Source of the DNA: Methanotrichaceae archaeon
GTDB taxonomy: Archaea; Halobacteriota; Methanosarcinia; Methanotrichales; Methanotrichaceae
Length of the DNA stretch: 64,000 bases
NCBI GenBank assembly: GCA_963803145.1
Contig: CAWDLW010000018.1
Span: forward strand, 1-64,000
Reading direction: 5' to 3'
Shown here: positions 33,160 through 42,939 of the stretch, one piece after another
Numbering within the stretch: the first letter of the stretch is position 1
Layout of the letters: every line of letters begins with the position of its first letter
Translations under genes and position numbers: made by a program
Notes under the pieces: model-generated
Told to the model about the DNA's origin: nothing
Seen by the model: the letters and a program-made list of their open reading frames with translations, nothing else
The model's database searches: none

Positions 33160-34038
33160 ATGCGATTAAGCGAGAACGAGGTCGAGGCCCTGGTCCAAGT
33201 AACCGGTTCAGAGAGCACAATCCATCCTCGAGATCTCTCTCAGGACTTCGGGATAAGACCGGAGACGGTATCAAGGATCACCACTCGCCTTGAAGAAAAG
33301 GGTCTTTTGGAAAGGGAAGATCATAGAATAGTCCTAGCGGAGGCTTCACCAGCCGAGAGCTTCAAAAGGCTATATTATACTCATAGAGCATCTCCTTTCC
33401 AACTCATACTCGCCGATAGGAGGGTTGATCTTCTATACAGGCTGGACCAGAATCCAGAGAGCGTAGAAACGCTGTCAACAGAGACCGGCCTCCCCAGCAA
33501 GACAATATACTATTACCTGAAGGATTTCATTATATTGGGCATAGTGAGAAGAACCAAGAGTGTGCGGGGTTATCTATACTCTTTCAATTACATTCTATGG
33601 GGAGAGCTAAAGGATTTCGTAACCTCTCTATGGGAGTATAGGTTTAGACGCCTTATACCTAGGGATGCTCTGCTGATAAAGAGCTACAGTGATAGTGTCC
33701 TATTCAAGAGCATTAGACATCATGATGCCACACCAACATCATTTAGCGCCTACAGAGATTACGGGATCGACCTAGGCCTCAGAGATAACTATTATACGTT
33801 GCCCAAGAGAGAGCTATCCATAAAAGAAGTATTCATCCACTCCCTTGATTCTGCAGAGACCCTGCAGCAGAGGCTCTTTTGCATATTGTTCTACTTAAAA
33901 AACAGGGATAAACTGGAAGGCATCGAGCATCCTATGATAAGAGATATTAAGGCAGTTCTTCAGGGCGAGAGAATAAGGGGCTATCCATCCATTGAGGACA
34001 TAAGAGACAGGGCTGAGCTATATGACATCGAACTTTGA
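33160..34038 (+). CDS. double wHTH protein (putative antitoxin/regulator), copy 1
   Basis: Two HTH motifs; overlaps the downstream NTase gene; paralog at 53896. Confidence 0.75.
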   Translation: MRLSENEVEALVQVTGSESTIHPRDLSQDFGIRPETVSRITTRLEEKGLLEREDHRIVLAEASPAESFKRLYYTHRASPFQLILADRRVDLLYRLDQNPESVETLSTETGLPSKTIYYYLKDFIILGIVRRTKSVRGYLYSFNYILWGELKDFVTSLWEYRFRRLIPRDALLIKSYSDSVLFKSIRHHDATPTSFSAYRDYGIDLGLRDNYYTLPKRELSIKEVFIHSLDSAETLQQRLFCILFYLKNRDKLEGIEHPMIRDIKAVLQGERIRGYPSIEDIRDRAELYDIEL

Positions 34039-34711
34039 AAGGATATCTCGCCAGGAGGAGGTAGAGGAGTTCTTCGAGCAGCTAGGTGCTGCTTTATCTC
34101 GGCCAACTCAGGTATTGCTTATCGGCGGAGCTGCCATGCTTAAGTTCAAGCTGAAGGAGTCCACCAAGGATATAGATGTAGTCTGCAGAACTGATGAGGA
34201 TAAGGATGAGATCCTGCGCTGTACTCAGCGGCTAGGCTATCAGCCCACAGGCCCAAAAGAGAGACATGCCAGGCTGGGGCTTAATAGAGTTGCCATAAAG
34301 GGTGGGAGGACACTAGACATCTTTGCAGGAAAGATATCCTACGACTTTGGGCTGAGTGATGCCATGTGGAACCGTGCTCGAGTCCGCAAAGCATTCGATA
34401 AGGTAGAGGTGAGATATGCCTCCCTTGAGGACATCTTCATAATGAAGCTGATCGCTAACAGGGAAGGAGATGCATCTGACTGTGCCGTGTTGATTCCTGC
34501 TGGCCTCGATTTTGATGCGGTCTACAATGAGATCGAGGCTCAATACCTCAAGGCTTCAACAGATGAAGACCAGAAGATCTGGATAACCTATATCGAGGAG
34601 GGCATAGGGCGGCTTGAAGAAGATTATGGGGCAACGATACCTATTGCCGATAAGATCTCTGAGCTGGCGAATGGCTATAGGGAGAGGCTATATCTTAAGA
34701 GCCTATCCTAA
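34022..34711 (+). CDS. DUF6036/AbiEii-like nucleotidyltransferase, copy 1 (last codons replaced by IS5)
   Basis: LIGGAAM...TKDIDVV, IFIMKL..NR.GD..D; native end YLKLSSSQTS* lies beyond the IS (to 35583). Confidence 0.78.
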   Translation: MTSNFERISRQEEVEEFFEQLGAALSRPTQVLLIGGAAMLKFKLKESTKDIDVVCRTDEDKDEILRCTQRLGYQPTGPKERHARLGLNRVAIKGGRTLDIFAGKISYDFGLSDAMWNRARVRKAFDKVEVRYASLEDIFIMKLIANREGDASDCAVLIPAGLDFDAVYNEIEAQYLKASTDEDQKIWITYIEEGIGRLEEDYGATIPIADKISELANGYRERLYLKSLS

Positions 34712-35555
34712 AACCCTCCATAACATCAAGATGGGAGATAAGGTAACGATGCCTAGGTAAGATTCCTCTAATCTTTCATACCTTGGTAAGACCTTTTTAG
34801 TGGCTTCAATCCAGCTGAAGAACCTTTCTACCGCGCTTCTGCCTTTATAGATAATTTTATCAAGCTTTTTGGGCCTACCTATCTTTTTGTTTTTGCGGTT
34901 TCTGATGTTTACAGGTATATTGGTCTTTATTCCTCGACGTTTGTTATAATCCCGAATAGCATTAGTATCATAAGCGGTATCTGCATTAATCAATTTAGGT
35001 CGAGTTATCGGAGCACCTACTAATAATTTTATATTCATTTTATCAATAGTAGGTAGATAAAGTTTTGAATCATGAGTATTAGCAGGAGAAATTAATATCG
35101 ATAACGGCAAGCCATTTTTATCTGTCAAAGCGCTAATCTTAGATCCTTTAACCCTTTTATTGCCGTCGTAGCCTATATTGCCCTTTTTTTGCGATAACGT
35201 CCTTGGTATCGATATTACAGCATGATAGATCAATTTTATCTTTATGATAGCCCATAGAGAGCAGAATATTGTTTATCTTCTGATAAGCCCCTGTTCTACA
35301 TAGCTCTAAATGAAGTTTATGAACAGTTGATTTAGTGCCGTACATTCTAGGTACATCTGTCCAATTCATGCCTGTTTTTTGAACATAAAGTATGCCATTG
35401 AATGTTTTCCTTAAATCGCATCTTGGCCTACCTGTCCAGGGCTTCTGCGCTGGCATAAACGGCCTAATAAGATCCCATAGATTATCATCGATTTCTTTGA
35501 ATACCACGAGTTATATAAATCATTGTACTATGATTTATAGTTTTAGGATAGGCTC
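34699..35555 (-). mobile_element. IS5-family insertion sequence
   Basis: Perfect 16-bp IRs GAGCCTATCCTAAAAC; TAA target duplication at 34696-98 and 35556-58. Confidence 0.93.
34703..35507 (-). CDS. IS5 transposase (two overlapping ORFs, probable -1 frameshift)
   Basis: GRPR.DLR....GILYV.KTG..W; A7-GGG slip site; ADTAYD, RSAVERFFSW. Confidence 0.85.
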
Positions 35556-35621
35556 TAAATTAAGCTCCTCTCAAACAAGTTAATTGTAGTGAAATTGTCG
35601 GAGCTGCAAGCTGGTGGACTC

Positions 35622-35807
35622 ATGACTGAGCAAAACAGCAATTACATAAAGAAGGAAGTCGGCAAGTTTCTTTCCGATATCTGGAGAATCAAAGGGCTGT
35701 CGGAGCAAGAGTTTGGTCCAAACCATCCTATCACAAAGAAGCTAAGCAGTATGCATATTGATGCTCAGGCATTATTGCAAGAGAATTATGAAATCCAAGA
35801 CCGATAA
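35622..35807 (+). CDS. small hypothetical protein
   Basis: 61-aa ORF with GGTGG RBS-like sequence. Confidence 0.5.
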   Translation: MTEQNSNYIKKEVGKFLSDIWRIKGLSEQEFGPNHPITKKLSSMHIDAQALLQENYEIQDR

Positions 35808-35834
35808 ATGCGCCATCTAGTTTGCGCCGAAGAC

Positions 35835-36024
35835 CCTTGCCCAAGTTAGCTATCCCATGAATATAGGGCAGCTTTTCGACCCCCTATCCACATCCGATCC
35901 CTAGATCTTCGATCCTAGGGCATTATAGAAATTAATTTTTCTAGATTTATGAAAAATTTGGTGATCAATTCTGAATGTCTTGGGTTTCTCAACGGCAAAT
36001 TTAGCGATGGCCTCTTCCCGGCAG
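35835..36024. repeat. dispersed repeat B, copy a
   Basis: CCC.AGATCTTCGATCCT.GGGCATTA..GAAATTAATTTT...TTTATGAAA shared with 37205-37460. Confidence 0.8.
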
Positions 36025-36051
36025 TAATCTATCTTATTGAGACCTAAAAGG

Positions 36052-37158
36052 TTAAGCTGGGCCTGTATATCCCAGCTCCTTTGCCTTAGCGAAGGCAGCA
36101 TCAGCTTCCGTATTACGACCAAACATCTGGAGAGTAATACCTTTGTTGTACCAGGCCATCGCATATTGTGGATTCAGTTCAATAGCTTTATCGAAAGCCG
36201 TAAGGGCTTCTTCATATTTGCCCTGAATACCTAAAGCAATGCCTTTGTCAAACCAAGCCATTGCATTTTGCGGATCAATTTCTATGGCCTTATCGAAGGC
36301 TTTGATAGCTTCATCGTATTCACCCAGACTACCAAGAGCAGAACCTTTGTCATTCCAGGCTGCTGAAAGTTGTGGATTAATTTCTATAGCCTTTTCACAA
36401 GCTGTGATAGCTTCATCGTATTTGCCTAGGCCTTCAAGAGCAGCACATTTGTTGCACCAAGCCATTGCATATTGTGGATTAATCCCAATTGCCCTATCAC
36501 AGGCTTTGTTAGCTTCATCGTATTTACCTTGATTCTCAAGAGTTTCTGCTTTGTTATTCCAGGCACTTGCATACTGTGGATTAATCTCAATGGCCTTATC
36601 ATAAGCCTGTATGGCTTCATCGTGTTTTCCCAGCTCATCGAGAGCACTACCTTTATTGTACCAAGCTTCTACATTCTGCGGATCCAGCTCGATAGCCTTA
36701 TCGAAGGCCTGAATGGCCTCGTCATACTTGCCTTGATTATCGAGAACAAGGCCTTTGTTGAGCCAGGCTCCAACAAGCTGCGGGTTCATCTCTATAGCCT
36801 TATCGAAAGCTTTGATAGCCTCATCATATTTGGACTGTAAAAGGAAAACATTGCCTTTGTTACTCCAAGCTTCAGCAAATTGTGGATTTAGCTCGATGGC
36901 ATTATCGAATGCCTGAATAGCGCTATCATACTTACCCTGCCCAGAGAGAACAAGGCCTTTGTTGTTCCAGGCCATTGCATATTGCGGATTCAATTCAATA
37001 GCTTTGTCATAGGCTTGAATGGCCTCATCATACTTACCCTGATCATCGAAAGCATTGCCTTTATTTATCCAATCGGATGCAGTAGTCTGACATAAAGCTG
37101 GCGTAACCAATATTGCGGCCAGCAAAATAAAACCTAGAATCATCCTTGCCTTCGACAT
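36052..37158 (-). CDS. secreted TPR-repeat protein
   Basis: Signal peptide, ~10 TPRs (W.NKG......GKYDEAI.A.DKAIE.NPQ), ends AKAKELGYTGPA. Confidence 0.92.
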   Translation of the reverse strand: MSKARMILGFILLAAILVTPALCQTTASDWINKGNAFDDQGKYDEAIQAYDKAIELNPQYAMAWNNKGLVLSGQGKYDSAIQAFDNAIELNPQFAEAWSNKGNVFLLQSKYDEAIKAFDKAIEMNPQLVGAWLNKGLVLDNQGKYDEAIQAFDKAIELDPQNVEAWYNKGSALDELGKHDEAIQAYDKAIEINPQYASAWNNKAETLENQGKYDEANKACDRAIGINPQYAMAWCNKCAALEGLGKYDEAITACEKAIEINPQLSAAWNDKGSALGSLGEYDEAIKAFDKAIEIDPQNAMAWFDKGIALGIQGKYEEALTAFDKAIELNPQYAMAWYNKGITLQMFGRNTEADAAFAKAKELGYTGPA

Positions 37159-37204
37159 TGTTTGAAGTTATTGAGGCAACTAGTGAAAAAGCTTTTGGAA
37201 GGCG

Positions 37205-37460
37205 CCCTTGGTAAATAGTCCATTGCCGTAGCTGATTATCTGCAGGTTTAGGGCAATCTTTCAATCCTATCTCATGTCCAAGCCCGAGATCTTCGATCCT
37301 GGGGCATTAGAAATTAATTTTCCAAAGTTTATGAAATATCAATAATCAGGACTGGGTGCCTTGGTTCTCCCTGCAGCAAATCTGGCAACGATTTCTTTCC
37401 GGCGTCTCCATCTCTGTGCATCCCTTTCCAGGTCCTCCAGCTCTATCAACTGTCGTCCTG
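37205..37460. repeat. dispersed repeat B, copy b
   Basis: Matches 35835-36024 on its left part and 41517-41651 on its right part (TTTCCGGCGTCTCCATCTCTGTGCATCCCT.TCCAGGTCCTCCAGCTCTATCAACTGTCG). Confidence 0.85.
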
Positions 37461-37737
37461 CTCATTCTCGAGGCCGCCTCTGTACTTCCGGGAATGATCC
37501 ATTGCTAGGAGTTTATCAATAGGAAATGATAGCATAGCCACAAGAGTTCTGCCCGGCGGATGCTTGCAAAGTATAGATCGAGAATAATAGCGTATCACAA
37601 GAGAAGTGCAGGCGTGTTGAAGAGAGCAGCGGATAATGGTATGAAAAGTAGCGACGGGCTGCTAGCTCAATCGATATGCCTCTGAAAGTTACTAGTAAAA
37701 AAGGTTTCAAGCTCTACTTATAGTGAAGCTGTTAGGC

Positions 37738-38940
37738 TCAAACAGATGATTTTGCATCTGGCTCGGCGCTTTCAGCCGCACCTATGTCTCTGCGAAGTAG
37801 CTCAATCCTCCTATCCAGTGAATCAATGGAGTACATCCGCGTGATGCCAAGAACTGCCTCCTCAATCAGCGGCAAATGTGCGCAAAGCTTCTGTGAGTCT
37901 TCAGGCGATTTATCGAAGGCTTGCTCATAGGTAAGCTCGCATATTCGCCGCTGCTTGGCGGGATCAGACCATTTCGCTTTGCAGGAAGTGAGCGTTTCTT
38001 CAGCGTCTGGCATTGGATTCTTGCTCATCTCGACCTGCCACATGGATGCGATGAGGTCCTGTTGCATGACGCGCATGCCAACCGCTACGGGTTCATCCTC
38101 AGGTGTTTTCGGATCGTCCTGCAGTTTCTTGACCGCGTTGTAGATGAAGCTAGGATGGTTGGCGGCCAGCACCGGCACAGTTGGCCCAGACGGGAGCTTG
38201 AGCGTCGCTAGCTCCAAGACACTCAGGTCGAGCTTGTACTGTTCTTTCAGCCATGCACGCACGGGGCCACCGAACGCAACCAAAGGTCGCACGCCGCCCC
38301 CGGAACTTGGAATCCACAAGTTAAGGAGTCCGTTGATATAGCCAGAGTAGAAGGAGTAGACGCCTTCCAGGCTCTTGCCATCGTTCGACGGCGCCGCAAT
38401 GGGTGCGATGTCAATGATGTTCTGGAGCCGAACGGTTTCATCAGGGGATGCCCCGTTCTCTACCAAGAGCGCGGCCCAGCGCAACGTTGTATGGGCCAAT
38501 AGATAATCTTGGTCACGTTCAAGAACATAGTCCGGCGGAAAATGCAAGAGTTGCACTGAGCGATGTCGTGTCATTGATACGCCGTGAGGAAGAAAGAACG
38601 TCCAATTGTAATGCCACTTTTTCTCATTCCAAAGGCTTTTACTTGCGTCCAGGCCGAGCTGACCCACCGCCAGGTACTCGGGCAGCAACTTGGCGTATGC
38701 CTCTGCTGCGCTTCCGCTCACGCTTGCAAAGACGGTGCCATCTTGGTTAACTACTTGGACTGAAGAGTCGGTAAAGCCATCGCGTTGAATAGACGCTGTC
38801 AAGTAGTGGGCAACCGTCTCTTCAAGCGTCTGTTTAAGAAAGCAGACCGTGTGGCAATTATTCGGGAAAGAGAACAGATCTCGAACTTGCGCAATAGGTC
38901 CGAGCGGGATTCGCTCAACATTTGCCATAGGTTCCTCCAT
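37738..38940 (-). CDS. GC-rich hypothetical protein with UDG-superfamily-like C-terminal motifs
   Basis: 400-aa ORF; LVAFGGPVRAW...PVLAANHPS resembles the UDG-fold vAlG...HPS motifs. Confidence 0.6.
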   Translation of the reverse strand: MEEPMANVERIPLGPIAQVRDLFSFPNNCHTVCFLKQTLEETVAHYLTASIQRDGFTDSSVQVVNQDGTVFASVSGSAAEAYAKLLPEYLAVGQLGLDASKSLWNEKKWHYNWTFFLPHGVSMTRHRSVQLLHFPPDYVLERDQDYLLAHTTLRWAALLVENGASPDETVRLQNIIDIAPIAAPSNDGKSLEGVYSFYSGYINGLLNLWIPSSGGGVRPLVAFGGPVRAWLKEQYKLDLSVLELATLKLPSGPTVPVLAANHPSFIYNAVKKLQDDPKTPEDEPVAVGMRVMQQDLIASMWQVEMSKNPMPDAEETLTSCKAKWSDPAKQRRICELTYEQAFDKSPEDSQKLCAHLPLIEEAVLGITRMYSIDSLDRRIELLRRDIGAAESAEPDAKSSV

Positions 38941-39357
38941 AGGTGAATGAATTGTCTGCTAGCTGTGCGTTGCAATGACCAACGTTCCACATCAGCTGCC
39001 GAGCGATGATAGCAAGACTCGAGGGCAAACCTGAACGAATGCTGTGTTGGATGCTGGCCATAAGATCGTCCCTGGGGCGATGATCTATGGAGACCACATA
39101 ATATTTATCGCAATGAGGATAATAAATCCTTTTTTTGAAATTCTTTATAGATGTCCTATTCATTGCTATCGTCTAATACTAAATAAGGAACTAAGATAAA
39201 TAATTTCTGATCTATGAATACTAATCTAAACAACTACAATTTTGGAGATGGATGATACTGAAAGAATGCGCTTTTTTTAGGCTCATATTTGCTTGCCTCT
39301 TAGCACCCTGCGTTGCCGCAAAGGCCATCCCCCGCGCCTAGGCAGAGAAGGTTCCAG

Positions 39358-39505
39358 CCCTAACTGTGGATTGCAGATGGATAGGGATATTAATGCCGGC
39401 GTGAACATTCGCACCCTCGGACTGAGGGGAAGAGCCTATCGAGATTCTGCAATAGCAGATCGTTGAAGTAGGAAGCCTCGCTCTTCAGGGCGGGGAGGAA
39501 GTCAC
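39358..39505 (+). mobile_element. IS200/IS605-IS607-type tnpB 3' remnant with right end
   Basis: Translates PNCGLQMDRDINAGVNI (TnpB Zn ribbon/RuvC-III); ends GAAGCCTCGCTCTTCAGGGCGGGGAGGAAGTCAC. Confidence 0.8.
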
Positions 39506-39536
39506 ACGTTCGCCTTATCTAGCAGAGTCACAATCA

Positions 39537-40708
39537 GGTAGTCTACCTATTTCATGTTGCTCCCGTCTGGAACCACGACATTCATAAGGATTTCTTTTAT
39601 AGTCCAAATATGATCAGTCAAACCTGCAGCCATAGCTGGAGATCTTTGCGTCCAGCGTCGCTTTGATTCTGCTGAATCGATTCGTAACGACTTGTTAGGC
39701 CTGGCCAAATTATAAACCCAATCTTCCCAGGCACAAGAAACCCTATGCATCTCGATCTCTTTAGAGAAAGAAATGGTCTTTCTAACAAATCGCCCATTCA
39801 TCTGTCTGGATGTTAGATGAGTCCTCTCGATATAGGCAGTATGGGTGCCCATTAGATCACAGACCCCTTTCGTATCACCAAAGACAACTTTGTAGTGGAT
39901 ACTAACAAGATGCCCTCCAGATCGTGTTTTGATTATCTGAATGCATTTCCAATCAGGCTCAGACTTCTTTCGAGTAGGCGGTCTTCCTCTACCAGAGTAT
40001 TCAGGTACTTTCCCCCAAGTCTCGAGCATGGCCTCCGGATAACTATCATAGCCATCAGTAGCGATAGCAGGAGGTTTATCCGGATTACCACGAGCCTTCA
40101 ACTGGGCCATCAATTCCATAGAGACTTCGCTTTCACTCTTCCTGATTGACCGCCCAACTCTAAGGCGAGTATCCATATCTATCGTTGTACCGCGCCAGAA
40201 GCTACCACGATCGTTCTCTTCTGGATAGCCCCCTTTTCGCCTTTATTTCCTACGTATGACCACATAGCATCCAGTTGAACACGAGTCAGTTTATAGTTTG
40301 CAAGCATTAGAGCCTCTAGCTCTTCAACGTGGCTAGCTGCTTCGTGAAGCCAATCCATAACTGTTTCTTCTTTAATCCCCATAACCCGATGGATGGATGC
40401 CAGACTATTGCGTTCGGCCAGCAAGGCTAAGCATTTTAGAATTGTATCCTGGCTATGATGGCGACCATAGAATACTGTACCTATGTTTTCAACGAATGTC
40501 TTCCCACAGGTCTTACATCGATAGCGTTGTGTTCCTTTGGCGGTTCGGCCAAATTTTATGATGTTTTCATTTTTTACTTTGCAATAGTCGATACACTCTT
40601 GGTTCCAGCAAAACGTGCTTGGAGGAACCAATTGTTCATTCATCATTGTATTCCTCCAATTATATGATTGCAGTTGATAATATAACAACTTATCTAAGGT
40701 AGACTACC
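39537..40708 (-). mobile_element. IS1-family insertion sequence
   Basis: 12-bp IRs GGTAGTCTACCT; 8-bp TSD CACAATCA at 39529-36 and 40709-16. Confidence 0.9.
39547..40646 (-). CDS. IS1-family transposase (InsA/InsB, probable -1 frameshift)
   Basis: CWNQEC...QRYRCKTCGKTF Zn finger + HTH, QLDAMWSYV; AAAAGGGGG near 40230; TDGY..Y, TAYIER, SPAMAAGLTDHIW. Confidence 0.85.
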
Positions 40709-41221
40709 CACAATCAAGGATTTCTTCAATCTATCCATTTTCGACGTTATTTCAGACACTGCGGGATATTGTGGTTTCCACATGTTCTCTGTAAAGATCA
40801 CAGTAGCATTCTTTTGGGTGTATCCCTGAATTTCATACGTGAGTGATTGTGTAGGGTTTTTGTAATTCTGCACTGCCTTTGAATATGGGCCTATTTCGTT
40901 CTCAATTGATTGGGTTATTAGACCGCCATCAGGAGTTCCATCTACTGTCTTACTCTGCATCAAAACTAATAGATCCAAGAGCTGTGATTGTTGGGATAAT
41001 GGATAGCATCCTTCTTTGTGCATGGTAATGCCTAAAACAAAAACTCTATCATATCCTACAGTTACACCCGATGGATTTTCTGTTATATCCCATTCTACTG
41101 GGTAATCAAAACTCATGTTATGGCCACTGTATTTGATCCATTTATCTTCGCTATTTGGCTCCGCCCCGATAGGAAAAGCGAGAACCATTAGAACTACTGC
41201 TAATATCATATGGATTCTCAT
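40694..41221 (-). CDS. secreted PsbP-like protein (3' end hit by IS1)
   Basis: Signal peptide; KYSGHNMSFDYPVEW; the pre-insertion end reads LIVTLLDKANV*. Confidence 0.6.
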   Translation of the reverse strand: MRIHMILAVVLMVLAFPIGAEPNSEDKWIKYSGHNMSFDYPVEWDITENPSGVTVGYDRVFVLGITMHKEGCYPLSQQSQLLDLLVLMQSKTVDGTPDGGLITQSIENEIGPYSKAVQNYKNPTQSLTYEIQGYTQKNATVIFTENMWKPQYPAVSEITSKMDRLKKSLIVGSLP

Positions 41222-41527
41222 GATCTATCCCTTCCTCGATATTCACCTTCACATTATAGCAGCATCATTTATCAGAGCTGCAACTGTCCCCTTTTTGATA
41301 GCTAAGCCTGAATTAATGATATGATCCCTTTTGGGTCTAACCTGATCTAGCCTTCTCTTTTCCAAGGCCTCTAGTTCAATCATCTGTCGGCTGCCTTGGA
41401 AACTATGCCACCTTTGCTCTTTTCTGAGAAGACCTACAAAATACCCCCTAGCGATATTATGGTATGAAGATAATATTTTAAATAACTTTTGGATGTTTAG
41501 ACGAATTTTATGATATTTATGAAAATA

Positions 41528-41692
41528 TCAACATTCAGGGTAGGAGCGCTTGGAATTCTCTGCTGCAAACCTGGCGATGAGCTTTTTCCGGCGTCTCCAT
41601 CTCTGTGCATCCCTCTCCAGGTCCTCCAGCTCTATCAACTGTCGCCCTGCCCTTCCCACTAGACCGTCTTTGTTCTTCCTTGGACGACCCAT
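41528..41692 (-). CDS. 54-aa basic small ORF of repeat B (MGRPRKNKDGLVGRAGRQLIELEDLERDAQRWRRRKKLIARFAA...)
   Basis: Translated by hand; AAAAGTTATTTAAA promoter-like sequence upstream; degenerate copies at ~36000, ~37340-37500 and ~41340-41440. Confidence 0.5.
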   Translation of the reverse strand: MGRPRKNKDGLVGRAGRQLIELEDLERDAQRWRRRKKLIARFAAENSKRSYPEC

Positions 41693-41893
41693 AAATTACT
41701 CCCCTTCTAAGCAACATAATGCTAGAACTATAAGAGTTTAAATAACTTTTGTATGTGCGAAGATATTTTACAATACCGATATGGATTGCAAATATACTGG
41801 ATAACTAAAGCCTTCTTAGATATACCTTGAACGACCAAAAAGTTTTAGTTATGTAACGATTGATCAAGAGGTAATGAAATAGGGGATTTTTCC

Positions 41894-42262
41894 TTGATCG
41901 GTCGATACATTAAGCCGATGATGGCTTTGGCAGCGAGTCTGATACTCGTTACTTTCGTTTGCGGGTGCATTGATGCTCCAAGCCATTTAACCAAGGTTTC
42001 AAGTAGCCCATGTGGTATAAGGTGGCAGGATAACTCGAATAATGAAGATGGGTTCAACATCTACATTGGCGGATCCTGTGCGAATTGCAATAACACTACT
42101 GCATGGACCAAAATAGCTACTGTTGGCGCCAATGCTGAGTCCTATAACTGGTCGAGATCATGCTGTGACATAGGAGAGTGCCGATGCATTTCAGTTACAG
42201 CTTATAATGCCAAGGAAGAATCAGCACGAAGCAACATCATAGTGCTAGCCTCAGTGTGCTAA
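41894..42262 (+). CDS. small lipoprotein with fibronectin type III-like domain
   Basis: Lipobox-like VCGC; WQDNSNNEDGFNIY...IATVGAN..SY...VTAYN...ES..SN. Confidence 0.65.
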   Translation: MIGRYIKPMMALAASLILVTFVCGCIDAPSHLTKVSSSPCGIRWQDNSNNEDGFNIYIGGSCANCNNTTAWTKIATVGANAESYNWSRSCCDIGECRCISVTAYNAKEESARSNIIVLASVC

Positions 42263-42286
42263 GGGCAACTCTCATTTTATCATTTC

Positions 42287-42868
42287 TTAAGTTCTTGATA
42301 ATGGATTGAATCCACGTATATCATATGCCTCCTTCACCAGCACAGGGGCTATGGAAGCATAAACCTCTGTTGTAGAGAGCCTCTTGTGACCCACCTGCTT
42401 CTGGATCATAGGCAAAGGCACGCCGCCCATCAAAGCTGAGACTATATGGCTATGCCTGAGTATATGTGGAGTAACCTTTTTCCTGTTGAGCTTCATCCTG
42501 GGCGAAACCTCCTGGACCCCGGCCTCCTTTGCCAGGCGGTCTATGGTTCTCAGCACTGTTTTGGTGCTAAGGTGCCCAGAGCTTCTGCCAGGAAACAGCC
42601 ATTCTTGCCCAGGCTTGATGCTATCTTGGATGGCCTCTAAGGTGGTCTGGCTCATCCTAACAGCCCTGAAATGCTTTGTCTTCGTTCTGCTGCTCTCGAT
42701 CCTTATGAATCCGTTTTGAAAATCGATATCTGAGACTCTATTAGTAACTAGTTCACCGACTCTGCAGCCCATGTCGTAAAGGCAGAGTAGGATAAATCTG
42801 TCTCTACCCTTGGCCACAGAAAATAGGGCCTCTATTCCTATAGTGTCTAGGTACTTGATGGAGTCCAT
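42287..42868 (-). CDS. tyrosine recombinase/integrase, catalytic domain only
   Basis: R (GCRVGEL), K (TKTK), HILRH, GH and Y (TTEVY) all present in 193 aa. Confidence 0.92.
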   Translation of the reverse strand: MDSIKYLDTIGIEALFSVAKGRDRFILLCLYDMGCRVGELVTNRVSDIDFQNGFIRIESSRTKTKHFRAVRMSQTTLEAIQDSIKPGQEWLFPGRSSGHLSTKTVLRTIDRLAKEAGVQEVSPRMKLNRKKVTPHILRHSHIVSALMGGVPLPMIQKQVGHKRLSTTEVYASIAPVLVKEAYDIRGFNPLSRT

Positions 42869-42902
42869 CCGAGGGCTATATTTACGTTGCCTCTATATAA
42901 CG

Positions 42903-42931
42903 ATGTCTCTTTTCTAGTACAAAAGAGACAT
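42903..42931. promoter_or_regulatory. perfect 11-7-11 palindrome upstream of the recombinase (putative core site/operator)
   Basis: ATGTCTCTTTT-CTAGTAC-AAAAGAGACAT, next to a minus-strand TATA (TTATATAG). Confidence 0.65.
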
Positions 42932-42939
42932 TTTCATCT

